63,969 nt of DNA, filler included, from Licmophora abbreviata (GCA_900291995.1; 7 parts of 7 records of this genome joined end to end with filler, not necessarily neighbours in it), one strand, 5' to 3'. Shown: positions 23,470 to 35,832, counted from the first letter of the whole stretch. Notes: generated from the letters alone by a model not told the origin. Made by a program: numbers and translations.

Positions 23470-24591
23470 ATGTCATCAAGTCAAGAGTCATCCTCATTCG
23501 GCGACTCCTCTTCCATGTCGCAACGCTATCGGCATGCCCAGTCGCTGGTCGATTCTGCCCCAGATCAAGCCATACCAATACTCTGCGAGCTCCAAGAGCA
23601 AGTGGCGTCGCTGTCCTTGTTTTCTTCCAACGAAAGTGTCGATGATGTGAGCACCAAGTCCCTGCCGTTGTTGGCAATCGACTATGCCCTCGCTCTGGCG
23701 CACCTCCATGTTCCAACGTCGCCGGGGAAGGCCGTCGAACGGAAGCAGCGTGTGGAACAGAGTCACGCACTCTTTGGCGCATTCTTGCACACACTGGAAG
23801 AGCTGGAAGTTTTGAACTCGCAGCAAACGCGGGAATACCATGCGCTGCTGGATGCTGACGGCGACGACGAATCATTGTCGATTTCCCGAGATGAAAAGAT
23901 TGCAAGGTTTCGCGCCAAACAGCTTTTGCAAAAGCAAGTGGAGCGACTCGAGTCTCTGCAACAAAGACGGGGTCGTTTGGGTATAGAGCCGCAAGAAGAG
24001 CTGGACGGACTTGATGCAGAATCGCTGGAACGAAAGGTGGCCATCACAACTTTATCGATAGCCGCCACAGAAGCGATTGATGAATGGCAACAGTCTCAAA
24101 GAGAGCTTCCTATGATCGACATGATGATACAAATGGACAAGGAACGAGCGGATCGACAGCGACATGCGGGGCCGTCCACACACGAACAGGACAGACGAGA
24201 GAATGATCCGAGACCGCCACCTACCAACAAACCTTTTCAGCTGACACATATTTCCAAAGATTCCATGACAGGACAATTGCAGGTCCGAAAAGAAGAGCTA
24301 CAGTCGCAAGTATTTCGTCCAGGATGGAATCAGCCCACAATGACGTTGCAGGAATTGGGCGAGAGGGAAGTTGCCGAGGCGCAAGAGCGAGAGGCACGAC
24401 AGAAGCAGTCGGAAGCCGGACAAAAGAATGCACCCCGACGATACGACCAGCTGGTGCGGGACGGAATGGAAGACGATGCCGATCTGGTGGACGCAAGTGC
24501 CAAGCTGGATCGAGACTGGGACGAATTTCGGGCGCAGAATCCCCGAGGCAGCGGGAATAAAATGGGCGATCGAGGAGACCGGAACTTTTAG
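23470..24591 (+). CDS. TAP42: TAP42/alpha4 (IGBP1) PP2A-family phosphatase regulator
   Basis: LFSSNESVDDVSTKSL, RDEKIARFR, QPTMTLQE and C-terminal DRDWDEFRAQNPRGSGNK. Confidence 0.92.
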   Translation: MSSSQESSSFGDSSSMSQRYRHAQSLVDSAPDQAIPILCELQEQVASLSLFSSNESVDDVSTKSLPLLAIDYALALAHLHVPTSPGKAVERKQRVEQSHALFGAFLHTLEELEVLNSQQTREYHALLDADGDDESLSISRDEKIARFRAKQLLQKQVERLESLQQRRGRLGIEPQEELDGLDAESLERKVAITTLSIAATEAIDEWQQSQRELPMIDMMIQMDKERADRQRHAGPSTHEQDRRENDPRPPPTNKPFQLTHISKDSMTGQLQVRKEELQSQVFRPGWNQPTMTLQELGEREVAEAQEREARQKQSEAGQKNAPRRYDQLVRDGMEDDADLVDASAKLDRDWDEFRAQNPRGSGNKMGDRGDRNF

Positions 24592-24655
24592 CATGCTTTT
24601 GACTTTTTCTATTTCACTGTTCGACCCTATCAGGTGTCGAATCTGCTGCCGCAGC

Positions 24656-25880
24656 TCAACTCGTCGATTTACTATTGTCGTCTTCGAATTCCCCAAGTTG
24701 TCGTTTGCCGTTGATAACGTCCAGCCAATCGCCAAACTTGACGCTGTCAAAGTTCAGATTCATTGTGGCCAACTTTTCTAGATACCGAGCCAGTCCAACC
24801 AGCTCGGCCTCTCGACGCCCAGACGACTTCTTCCGATAGTACGCTGTCACTTTCAATCCACTCGTCGGGTTGAGGGCGAAATTCCGAGACAAGTCGTCAA
24901 GATGTACCGTATTATGTGATCCCCATCGTGGAAACTTGGACCAAATAATTTGTAGCGGTTTAACGTGATGCTTGTAGGTCGAGCCATCTCGTTTGGTGCT
25001 CTTAATGGCAAACATACTCGTTTTGTCCAACACAAAGCAGAAACGATAACCGGGGTTCATCAACATGCCCAATTCGATCAGTTTAGTCTCGAGCCATCTC
25101 CAAGAGGTCTGACTCCACACGACGAGATCATAGTGGCGATAGGCTGACGTGAGAAACTCGTCCATGTACGGGCGCTTCATGCGAGCGGCTGCCGAAGATG
25201 CGTCATCGCCATGCGTGGATGTGTCACGTAGAAGTGTGGAACGACTAAAGTCCAAAAGCGTATGATCAAGATCCAATACCATCAGTGGTTTACCCTCTCG
25301 AGGATGATTCATGATGTGGATAGTAGTAGATTCGGTAAACTTCTTCAAGTTTTGTCCGTTGGCGACGTGCTGGACCCACTATGATGTGACAATAGGAGGA
25401 GAGCGAGGCGAAAGGCGAAACGGATCAAGATGAGTTCTGGCTCGATGGTCGACGATTTCTCTACAACACACACATCATAACAACACATACCTGATCCGAT
25501 CCCGCACTAAAGTCAAGATCAAAGTCATCAATGACATCGGGGAGGTCTTCTTTTTCATGAGGATCCACGAAGATCTTTGCCTCGGGTGTACCCATCAGGA
25601 TGAACTGGTGCGTCGTGACCCCATCCTCTCCGGACGCCTTCTTACTCCCCTTGCTTTTGATCTGAGAGACTACCACATCATCAGATAGCCCAGAACTCTT
25701 CCCTGACACTCCTTTCAGCTGAATACCAATAAGCTTCTGTCTCTTGGGTAAAATGCCCGTACGCTGCGTGAGCATCCACTTGATTTCTCCAATGGTCGTG
25801 TTCGGTGGCAAATCCTGCAATTCAATCTTTTCCTTGCCAAACTTGGCAATCAGAGTGACTGTAGGGACAACGGTTTCCAT
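24656..25880 (-). CDS. UBLCP1: Ubiquitin-like domain-containing CTD phosphatase 1
   Basis: UBL exon (TGILPKRQKLIG, FILMGTPE), intron 25379..25490, then NIF/HAD domain PREGKPLMVLDLDHTL, KRPY, VWSQT, DDLSRNFALNP. Confidence 0.92.
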
Positions 25881-26228
25881 TGTGAGAGCGTGAATGAGGC
25901 GTGTAGGATACAAACGCACGACGGCGACACAATATCAAGTCCTTGATGATACAGATTATGCTTCACGAAAGAGAACGCTTTGGTCGATTGACGATTCGAC
26001 GCCGATGTTATTCAAGAATCCGAATCGCGCGTTATGACGCGAAGGGGTGCGCGAACGCATCACCGTGTGCCAAACTCGTGAGAATGGATTTAACCAGTCG
26101 AATGAGTCGAATCGCGGCGTATGGCAGCGAGAATGAGAAGCTGTGTCTGACAATGGGAGCGATCCTCGAGGCTCCCGTCGTGTCACAAGAAAGCCGTTGC
26201 TACGGCAGAGTCTTCGAGGATGAACTCA

Positions 26229-27914
26229 ATGAGGGAACGCGTAGGTAGACTTCTCACAGTATTCGGGATTCTCCAAGCGAGCTTGGTGGTAATGTCGCTG
26301 ACGAGCAATGTTCCAACCCAGCATCAGAGCTCGTGTCCTTCCAAGATTCACAAAGTCGCCATCATTGGCTGCGGTGTTGCTGGACTGTCCCTTGCCCACG
26401 CACTGACAAACTCTCCATCCTTAATGAAAGGTGGAGATGCAAGTGTGCAGGTCACTTTGTTTGATGCACGAAAGACATTGAACTTTGAGGCCGGTGCTGG
26501 GGTTCAGCTGAATGGAGGTGTGTGTAACGTTCCGTACTTTGACGACGACCACACATTGTAGGTTTCCTGCCCGACAAAGGCCATCATCTGACACGGTAGT
26601 TCTACCTCTAACTCATTTCGTAAAACAAACTCGGCTACAGGTATGAGTGTACTCCGTAAAATTAACCCTGACGTCCAGCGAGCTGTCGCCGATGCCGGCC
26701 TGTCGATGACCAAGATTCGATCGCGGGCGAGGCACTGGGGAGGCGGCGGTGCAGCCTTCGACGAACTGTTGTCCATTGACACGCCCGGGGTGGCACACGA
26801 GATGGGAGGCGATGCCGAACAGGAGCTCATCGTGAATGGAGAATCCATGTTTTATACCATCATGCGAGGTGCATTGCAAGAGGCCTTGCTCGAGTCTCTC
26901 CCGGCCAACGTTCGACGCGGCGTTCAGTTTGGCAAGTGTTTGACAAGTATACGCGCTGGCGACGGTGGAGAAATCGAAGTGGGATTCCAGGATGGAACTT
27001 CTGTCGAAGGTTTTGATATGGTTATTGGTTGCGACGGAATCAAGACGGCCGTAAAAGAGTATATCGATACAGGAGCAATATCGGAAGACCCAGCAAGGCA
27101 AGGTTCATCCGCTGTTTACTCTGGCATTCGCATTCGCTACGCGGTCCAGGATGGAGATGCTTCTGCAAAGAGAGAAGAGGTTCGGGCTGAGCTGCGTCAG
27201 TACTTTGGGGAGGGAGCCTACGCTCTGAGCGGGATCTATGGCGCTGGAGCAACCCGTCCGCCGACCAGGGCCGCCTTTACAATTTTTCTCGACGATGCCT
27301 ACATCGGGCCTTTCAAAAAGAAAGAATCGATCCAGATTGGCTCTATCTCCGAGAATGCTGACTGGAGTCAGGACGTGAGAACCCCCGAATCCAATAGAGA
27401 CAGAATGCTTCAACAGATAAAGAACTGTGAGATCCCTGAGCTCGATGTTGGACCTGTTGTGTCAAACGCCGATCGCTTCTTCGAACTTGGAGTGTATTTT
27501 CACAACCCATTTAGCTTTGGGGGGTGGAGCACGGAAGTGCCAAAAACCGACGGACGCTACTGCGTCCTCTGCGGCGATGCAGCGCACGCCATGCCGCCTT
27601 TCCTAGGCCAAGGCTCGAACCAAGCGATTCAAGACGCATATCTCCTTGCGAAACAGATTCACCAGTACAACGCTGTAGCTGCAACAGCTACAACCGAAAA
27701 CGAGTCGCCCGATCTTGCACCTCTGCTCAAAGAGTATGAGCGTATACGATGGGCGGCAACGACCAGTATTTCTGCCAAAGCGGCCCTTCTTGGTTATTTG
27801 GAAGCATCAAGTGGGCTCCTGGCCAAGTTCCGCGACGTTTTCTTCCGCACTCTGGGCGCACTTGGCGTTGCTAAACGGGTTTACTTGGATGCTGCTACTC
27901 CCAAGCTAAAATAA
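26229..27914 (+). CDS. Class A FAD-dependent monooxygenase (zeaxanthin epoxidase/salicylate hydroxylase-like) with an N-terminal presequence
   Basis: VAIIGCGVAG, GAGVQL, IGCDGIK and LCGDAAHAMPPFLGQGSNQAIQDA fingerprints. Intron 26518..26640. Confidence 0.85.
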
Positions 27915-28001
27915 ACGATGCAATACTGCTATGGACGTTCATAAGGATATCCTCAAGTTGTTTATGTGAATGGTCTAGCTTCATTGTCGACAGGTTGCGA
28001 T

Positions 28002-29309
28002 TTACTCTCCCTGCAACGCCTTACTGTCGAGTGCCATACCCATTGCGTGTAGGCCATTGTCGACATAAAGTGTCACACCAGTGATGGTACGAGACATGGG
28101 CGAGCAAAGGAACAGGCCGGCATTTCCAACGTCATCATTGTACAAATCCTGGGGGAGCGGAGCGTTTGCCTTGGAGTAGTCAATGGCATATTCGATAAAC
28201 GTCTTTTCCTTCCCGGGCATGTCCTTGCCAATAGCAGTGGCGGCACGCGACTTCAAAGGGCCGGCACTAATGGTATTGACTCGGACGCCCCATTTGCGGC
28301 CAGCCTCGTATGCTAGGGTACGGGTGTCACTCTCGAGCTGGGCCTTGGCAGACGACATGCCTCCTCCGTATCCCGGGATCACAAACTCAGAGGCAATGTA
28401 GGTAAGAGAGATCATGGAGCCTCCCTCGTTCATGATGGGCCCGAACTTCTGTAGAAGAGCAACAGCCGAATACGCCGACGCAGAGGACGCGGCAAGGTAG
28501 CCCTTTCTGGAAGTCTCAAGCAGAGGCTTGGTGACTTCGGGACCATTAGCAAGCGAATGGACAAGGATATCAATCTTTCCGTAGTCATTCTCGACCTTCT
28601 TGGCGACTTCTTCAATAGTAAATCCATCAAGTCCAGCATAGCGCTTGTTCTCCTTGATCTCGTCAGGGACGTCCTCCGGAACGTCAAATACGGCATCCAG
28701 AGGGTAAACCTTCTCAATGGTCATTTTTGATCCATCCGAAAGAATAGAATCATCATCAAAACTGCCCCTCTTCAGTCCAGCTTCGAAGATCTTCAGAACT
28801 GGCGGCCAGGTGCCAACAGTAACAGTGGCCCCAGCATCAGCTAGTGCCCGGGCAATGGCCCAGCCGTAGCCACTAGAGTCGGCAACACCGGCAACGAAAG
28901 CAGTCTTTCCCTTTAAGTCTGCACTGCCGGTCATGCTCAGCTGAGTCTGTGGGAAAGAGGACCACTTCACAGCCGGCCCGGTAGGTAGTGCTCGGGAGGC
29001 ACGGAACGAAGATCGACCGACATCTAAGTGTTTCGGAACGAACGCGAAATTGTGAGCGAGGGGGTTTCACAAGAATCATCAGTTGAAAGATAGTAGGGCC
29101 TCCACGGTGGAAATATGCGTCTCACTGAACTATGCGACACCACAAAGCACCCCACCAGAACCAACAAATAGTAACAACCGACTACATAACTACAATAGTC
29201 AGAAAGAGACCCAAATTTACTCCGAGCACATACCGAGAGATGGCGCGAAAGCAGTGGCCATCGATGCGATGGCAGCACAGGCAGCAACAACAAAAGTAGC
29301 TCGGCGCAT
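28002..29309 (-). CDS. fabI: Plastid enoyl-ACP reductase (plant/apicomplexan-type FabI)
   Basis: [53 protein letters not shown]. Exon 1 [25 protein letters not shown] (bipartite signal) splices in frame via intron 29024..29233. Confidence 0.95.
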
Positions 29310-29781
29310 GATTCAGCTGGATAGTCTTCGAGGAATTGCGAATAGTTGTGGCAAGCCGAAGATGCAGTGGGCCTCCGATGGCTTCGCGACGATGATGATG
29401 TCGGTGTTGGGAGTGTCCGTGGATTGCGAACTCGTATCAACTTGAACACGTACGCACGAAGCTCGCAGTACGAAACATACGTAGACGCCGGCCGTCCATG
29501 CTCTACGGTGATCCTGGTAGAAATGGTACGGAAAGAGCTGTCGAAGTCTGTCCCTCGACACGGATAAATGGCGGTGGATCAAGCATGCGTCAAGCGTTGG
29601 TCGCCTCCAGACTGCTAAAAGTGAGTTCACCGTAACTATAGCACAATACTTGTATCACAGCTTGACGTTTCCTACTTTAAAATATGGACATAACGACAAT
29701 GGATCACATCACGACGAGATTTGAACAAAATGCGACTATGTACCGACAGATCTCATGCTTGCGCCTGTCGAAAGCATGTGA

Positions 29782-30870
29782 TCATTTCCACATACAAACA
29801 CCCAAGAGCAGAACTCCGATTAACACCGAGACGCGATTGAACTCCTTAAGTGCCGAAGCGGATGACACCGGCGTCGGAAAAGGAGTCAACCGAAGAAATG
29901 TGGGGCCTTCAGATGACACAGTGCTAGGAAAATCACTTGGCGAGGAACTCGGCTCTTCGGGTATAACGGGTGCCATGGAAAGGGATGGAGCGGGTGAAGG
30001 CTGAGAGCTCGGTTCTCCACACCACTCGGGTCCATCGCCACAAAAGCCACCATCGGAACAACAAAGGCTAAGATCAAGGCAAATGCCAGAGCCTACATTT
30101 CCATTGCCACAAGGAGCAGTAGCACAAAGGTCCGGGTCTGTACCACAGATTCCATCCTCCGAGCAGCAATCCGTTGGATCTTCGCAAACACCATTTCCTA
30201 CTTCGCCATCACCACACAGGACAATGCAATAGTCCGGGCCTTCACCGCAGAACCCGGCTGGAGAACAGCAAAAGTTATCCTCCTCGCAGATCCCTGTTCC
30301 GATGTTGCCATCTCCACAGAAAGCGGCAGTGGGAGCATCAGTATCCACTGGAGCCGGCGTCACGGCAGGTGGAACTGTAGCAGCGACCGGTGCCGGAGTG
30401 GCAATTGGTGGGTCAGTGGCTTGAATTGGTGCCGGTGTAGTGGCCGCGGGTGCGCCCGATGCGATGACTGGGGCTGATGAAGCTACAGGAGGGTCCGTGA
30501 CGACGACCGGTGGATCCGTGTCCATCCCTGGAGTCGGCGTAGCGGCCGGAGCATCTGTCATCACAGTGGGAGGCTCAGAAATGGCGACCGGCGAGTCCGT
30601 GTTCATCCCTGGAGTCGGTGTAGCGGCCGGAGCATCCGTCATCATAGCAGGAGGCTCACTGATGGCAACCGGTGGATCCGTGTCCATTCCTGGAGTAGGT
30701 GTAGCGACCGGAGCATCCGTCATCATAGCAGGAGGCTCCGTGACGATAGCAGCAGGGGCTGGCGTTGCCGCAGGCATGTCAGTTGCCACCGGCGCATTCG
30801 ACTGGGCCCTTGCGAGCACCAAAATGCTCGTCAACGCAATTACACGACAAAAACTGGCAACAGAGCTCAT
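29782..30870 (-). CDS. Secreted, probably GPI- or TM-anchored mucin-like protein with three hevein/CBM18-like Cys domains
   Basis: Signal peptide MSSVASFCRVIALTSILVLARA; Pro/Thr/Ala stalk; three CGxGxxGxGxC..CCSxxGxCG...C modules; Ser/Pro spacer; hydrophobic C-terminus. Confidence 0.8.
   Translation of the reverse strand: MSSVASFCRVIALTSILVLARAQSNAPVATDMPAATPAPAAIVTEPPAMMTDAPVATPTPGMDTDPPVAISEPPAMMTDAPAATPTPGMNTDSPVAISEPPTVMTDAPAATPTPGMDTDPPVVVTDPPVASSAPVIASGAPAATTPAPIQATDPPIATPAPVAATVPPAVTPAPVDTDAPTAAFCGDGNIGTGICEEDNFCCSPAGFCGEGPDYCIVLCGDGEVGNGVCEDPTDCCSEDGICGTDPDLCATAPCGNGNVGSGICLDLSLCCSDGGFCGDGPEWCGEPSSQPSPAPSLSMAPVIPEEPSSSPSDFPSTVSSEGPTFLRLTPFPTPVSSASALKEFNRVSVLIGVLLLGVCMWK
30495..30745 (-). 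repeat. About three copies of a 75-bp coding tandem repeat (EPPAMMTDAPAATPTPGMDTDPPVA-like)
   Basis: Repeated nucleotide unit such as ccggagcatccgtcatcatagcaggaggctc at 75-bp spacing. Confidence 0.85.
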
Positions 30871-31363
30871 GGTTTCACTCTCTTGTGAGGGCAATGGTGC
30901 CTTGCTTCCCACATCTCAAGGGTTCCAATGGCCCTCTAGAGAGGTACCCTCAACGGATGATGGTCCCGTCCAACGCATGCGTAATGCGGTCCGAATCGAA
31001 TCAATCATCATGATCGGTTTGAAACGGGACGGGTGCGCGCGCAGCGAGAGCTCCTTCCATTCGGTATCGGAATTTCGAGCTCGCATAATTTCGTTCATCA
31101 TCACAAAAAAAGTGGGAGAAAATGGCGTCTCTATTGATTCGCGACGCCATGTCGCGTGTAAGAAAGAGCATTGTCCCACGCCAAACTGGTGATGACAGCT
31201 GAACAAAGTACCCTAACATCTACGGGAAGTAACTTGTAGTTGGTAGCTTACATGCAATGCACATGAAGACGGGAGGGCTTGCCTAGTTCTCTCTAGAGTA
31301 TATCGCTCGAAAATAATACTTTCAGGGGTATTTCAACCAAAGTACCCTCGCGGGCCAGGTCCC

Positions 31364-31463
31364 NNNNNNNNNNNNNNNNNNNNNNNNNNNNNNNNNNNNN
31401 NNNNNNNTTAATTAATTAANNNNNNNNNNNNNNNNNNNNNNNNNNNNNNNNNNNNNNNNNNNN
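31364..31463. other. Artificial contig-joining linker
   Basis: N44-TTAATTAATTAA-N44. Confidence 0.98.
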
Positions 31464-32094
31464 TTCGATCGAATATGATTCCTTCCGAGAGTATCAAAGT
31501 ACTCCCAAGATTTCGGATACGGAACGCCGCGCGCATGTCCCATGGAACGAGTAATGGTTTCCTGTCGTCCTTCATGCAGCGAATGAATCCAAGCCTGTGC
31601 CTCTTCCCGTGAGGATATCGCGTAAAAGTGTTGCTTTCGAAGCGTTGCTATCCGAATGACACAGGTGCAATCGGAAGGAAGATTGAGTAAGGCAAACTCC
31701 ACTCCATCCAAGATGGTTTCACCCGAGACGATCTGGGCTTCGACTGCTTCTAGAGGCAGGGCTGTCCCCTTAGGATTGTTCGCTGATAGACTTTTGAACT
31801 TATAGAGATAGCTCCCAATTTGGATCAAGTATCGTTCAGTCCAATGCGGCACCAGCCATGAGAGCAACCAGTCCCGTATGAGCAAACGAACCGCTGTAGG
31901 AAGGTCGGGAGGAGCGTGTAGAGTAAAGGCACATGTAGCTTGTAGACAGCACCATGTTGGGTCGGGGACGCACCCAGCATGGAGTTTGCCGACAGTCCAC
32001 TCGCCTTTCCCGGCAGCATGTCGTCTGCCTCTCCTGATGTGGTGCTGATTGACGATGTTCCACTTCGTTTCCGCAATACACTCTGTTCTATCAT
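31464..32094 (-). CDS. PH-domain protein (3'-truncated by gap; apparent 1-nt frameshift near 31875)
   Basis: HGAVYKL ... W-ERYLIQIGSYLYKFK ... PKGTALPL ... FYAISSREEAQAWIHSL is a PH-fold pattern split across two frames at a short G run. Confidence 0.65.
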
Positions 32095-32496
32095 GCTTCG
32101 ATTTCTAGTGGACTCTGAATTCGAAATGTGGACACGTCTGCTGGCTCAAGGTAAATACTTGAAAGTGAGGGTTGTGAGGGGGGTCCGACGCAATCGTGCT
32201 GACCAGCACATCATGGTGTGTCGATGTGTGTTCTGTGTTGTTCGAAAGACGTTTTTTGTCTTAAGGTATTTGCGCGCCTTTCTCCAAGTTGCAGGCGTCT
32301 GTACGTCATCGCTTTCTGCGTCACAGACGTTTTGGATCATACTTCTCAAAGATTCCCAGAAATAGACTCCAAGTCCGTTGATGATACACGGCCAAAGGAA
32401 TCTTGGATTTCAACTCAAAAGTACGCACGTTGTGTTCTTTTCTGTGATGTTGTCCACCACACACACACATCAAGGCTCGCCGCTGCAGTCGTCACC

Positions 32497-33131
32497 ATGG
32501 CCGCCCGTGAACTTTTCTTGCTCGCCGTTCTGGCCTTTATGGCCTTCTCTGCAGAGGTATGTTATGAGATGGTGGCAAGAAGTCGCGGGAGGAGAAGGAA
32601 GTAAAGAAAAGCTGCGATTTCAGCCTTTTGCAGCTTCGGCCCGACGTGACGCACGGAATTATTCTTCTTTGAGCAGGTTTCGAGGATGGCATGACTCTAA
32701 CCTTGCTAAATTTCGGTCTCCCTCGAATTCCTTCCTGTTAACGCACGATCTCCTGTCACTGATTCACTTCTGCTCCTTTCTCTTCTCCAGGCTTTTGCCC
32801 CTCGACCCTTTGGAACCGTCTCCAGCACGGCGCTTGAGGCCTGCCGTACCAACGCCAAGAAGGAGAAGATCAAGCGTAACCGTGAAAACATGCGCAAGTT
32901 CAAATCAGGGGGAAAGCGAGGAACAAGCCGTAGGAAGCAGCTGAAGAAGGTCCAGTCGTCCCAGGCTCGTCAGGTTCGTAGATTATGACACGGCAGCGAG
33001 TGTGAGGCGTGTTTCTTTTGTGAGTTGACCGCCTCTAACCCTGTTCTCTTGTCGTTACGCCGCAGGATGAGAATGAGTTCATTTCCAAGTGCTTTCAGAC
33101 TGTACCTGCCCCGGGGTCAGATGATAAGTAA
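32497..33131 (+). CDS. Small (102 aa) basic plastid-targeted protein, 3 exons, function unknown
   Basis: Exons 32497..32556, 32791..32973 and 33066..33131 join in phase 0 via GT-AG introns: MAARELFLLAVLAFMAFSAE|AFAPRPFGTVSSTALEACRTNAKKEKIKRNRENMRKFKSGGKRGTSRRKQLKKVQSSQARQ|DENEFISKCFQTVPAPGSDDK*. Confidence 0.8.
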
Positions 33132-33305
33132 ATCGTTTCTGTCGACTTGGTAGAGGAGTCTCTAGAGTAGGTTGTCTTGCTGTTGTTGAGGTAGTGCCCC
33201 CCTGAGCGCAGCGCTCTATCGCGTGTAGTCATAACATGTGGCAACTAGCCTACTCAGTTTCTTGTTACAGTTGCGGTATCTTTTGTAGCTGATAGACTAG
33301 TTAGT

Positions 33306-34693
33306 TTATTCTTCATCTACTCGTTGACTGATTGGGCCACTGGCAGTGGTAGCATGTTCTCGCATGCCGCCCTCCCGATGTGCAGTTGTGCCCATAGGAT
33401 TAGGCCGGTCTTCCACTTTCGCCTCGTCAGGGAAGATCTCGCACTGAGCATGTTGTAACATAAGAGCGTCCACAAGCGTCAAGGCGACCATGGCTTCCAC
33501 CATTGGAACAGCCCGTGGAAGTACACATGGATCGTGACGGCCCTTGCCGCGCAGTTCTACTTCTTGGCCGTCTCGTGTCGCCGTTTTCTGACAGGAAAAG
33601 AGCGACAACGTGAAATGAGTCTGCAGTCAGACCATGTCGCCATAAGTTAGCCAAAAAGTAGCAAACGCACCTGTGCCTGTCCGATGGTCGATGTCGGCTT
33701 GAAGGCGACATGGATTACTATGTTCTCTCCGTTGCTTATGCCTCCTTGAATACCTCCGGAACGGTTTGTCCGAGTCCGAGTTGCGCCGGTCTCCGGGTCG
33801 ATGTAGAACTCGTCATTATGATCCTTCCCAGTCAACAAGGTTCCCTCAAATCCATCTCCCGACTCGAATCCCTTGGCTGCAGGGATCGACATGCACGCCT
33901 TTGCAAGATCAGCTTCGAGTTTGTCAAATACGGGCGAGCCAAGTCCCGCTGGCACATTACGAGCAACGCACGTGACGACTCCCCCAATAGAGTTTCCTGC
34001 CTTGCGAATCTCGTCGATGCGTTCCAACATACGATCTGCCGACTCTGGATCCGGGCATCGAACCATATTGGCATCGACATCTTCCATGGTAAAAGTGTCG
34101 TCGTCTACATTCTCGCATTCAATGTCCTGTACCTTCGACACATACGCAAGAATTTCAATCCCGTTGAACTTTTCGAGAATCTTACGGGCAATCGCTCCAG
34201 CCGCGACGCGTCCAATAGTCTCACGCGCGGAACTGCGTCCACCTCCAGCAATGGCACGTACGCCGTACTTGGCATCGTACGTCGCATCCGCGTGCGATGG
34301 CCGGTATGCCACGTTCATGTCGTTATCCAGATAATCGCTCGACCGCTGATCCTTGTTACGTACTAGCATGGCAATGGGCGTCCCGATGGTAATGCCATCT
34401 TGTGTTACCCCCGACATGATTTCAACGGAATCGGCTTCGTTGCGGGGTGTCGTGATGCGAGATTGGCCGGGGCGGCGGCGATCGAGGTCTTTCTGAATTT
34501 CTTCACGGGTCAAAGGCAGACGAGGAGGACATCCATCCAGCGTTACACCCACACCACCACCATGAGACTCTCCCCAGGTGGAAATGCGAAAGACACGGCC
34601 AAAGGTATTGCCGGTGCCCATGGTAAGAGTAAAGGCGGTCGCCGACGATGACGATGCCGCCAACCAGAGCAGGGAGTAGAAAGTTACCCTCAT
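33306..34693 (-). CDS. aroC: Chorismate synthase, plastid-targeted
   Basis: [57 protein letters not shown] bipartite signal. Intron 33588..33670. Confidence 0.97.
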
Positions 34694-35000
34694 TTTTTCT
34701 AGTTCTATTTAGGATAATCGCGTCGGACTGTTTCGAGAGAAGAAGTGTACACTGCTGTGTTGACGATGTCAGATCAGATGGACCTTGACGAATGTCATCC
34801 TGCTCTCTTCGGTTCGTGTCGTCGCGGTGATGCGTTTTCTTCCAAACTTCGATAGACGCACGCCATGCAGACGTAACAACATTTGTGCGGTCTTCTTCGC
34901 GTTTCCCTGGCCGTCGCTCCTCACGAAAATTGGCGCGCCACCAAAAAAAGGCGCACGGAAAACAGCGAAAGAAAATAGAACGGCGACCGATCGATCGACC

Positions 35001-35832
35001 ATGACGAGCAACAGCGGCAACGACGCCCCGTATACTCACGTCCAGTTCGACACTAGCATCGTACGTATGGATAGCCTACGACGCTGAAATCTGTGTTGAT
35101 AAACTGATGCCAATGTCAAGCATGTGCCTTACTCTCGCTCCTCTCATGATGTGTTGGTCGTTTCAGGGCACGTTTGTCGTGGAGTTGTACTATCGACACA
35201 CACCACGAACATGCTACAATTTTGCGGCCTTGGCCCATTCAGGCTACTATAATGGGACTATTTTTCATCGAATCATTCGCGATTTCATGGTTCAAGGTGG
35301 TGATCCGACAGGGACTGGCCGAGGGTAAGAACGAAGCGGTGCTTTTCATGGAGTATCGTGTTCTGTCACTCACGGGATGCGTTTCTTCCGATGTCGCAGC
35401 GGCGAATCAGTGTATGGGGGTAAGTTTGAAGACGAAATCACTAGGAATCTAAAGCACACAGGAGCAGGTATCTGCAGCATGGCAAACAGTGGCCCAAATA
35501 CAAACGGATCTCAATTCTTTGTAACTCTCAAGGCGACTCCGTTTCTGGACGGCAAGCATTCTATCTTTGGTCGAATCTATTCTGGTGAGTAGGAACTTTT
35601 TAAGAGTGAGTCGCGTTGTGGCCCGACTTGAGCTTTACACTTACGACATGCTCATTTATGATACATGGTAGGGATGGGAGTGATACAGCGAATGGGCATG
35701 GTGGCGACGGACAACGACGACCGTCCTAGGAATCCAATCACTGTTCACAAAGCGACACCGTTCCGCGGTCCGCCCCCACCCAAGGAAGAGCAAATGGCCG
35801 AGTCTCCACATCTACAGATTGCAGCATCGTAG
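35001..35832 (+). CDS. PPIL1: Cyclophilin-type PPIase, PPIL1-like (4 exons)
   Basis: [67 protein letters not shown]; three GT-AG introns. Confidence 0.9.

Noticed and set aside
30440..31192. 250-aa Gly/Ala/Val-rich ORF on the + strand
   Set aside because: Antisense shadow of the Pro/Thr/Ala repeat gene. The same applies to other long antisense ORFs such as 22595..23245, 33710..34366, 7165..7806 and 53839..54480.
26229..34693. Monooxygenase, FabI, small plastid protein and aroC as a plastid or biosynthetic gene cluster
   Set aside because: Unrelated pathways, interspersed unrelated genes and a contig break. Plastid-targeted genes are common in algal genomes.
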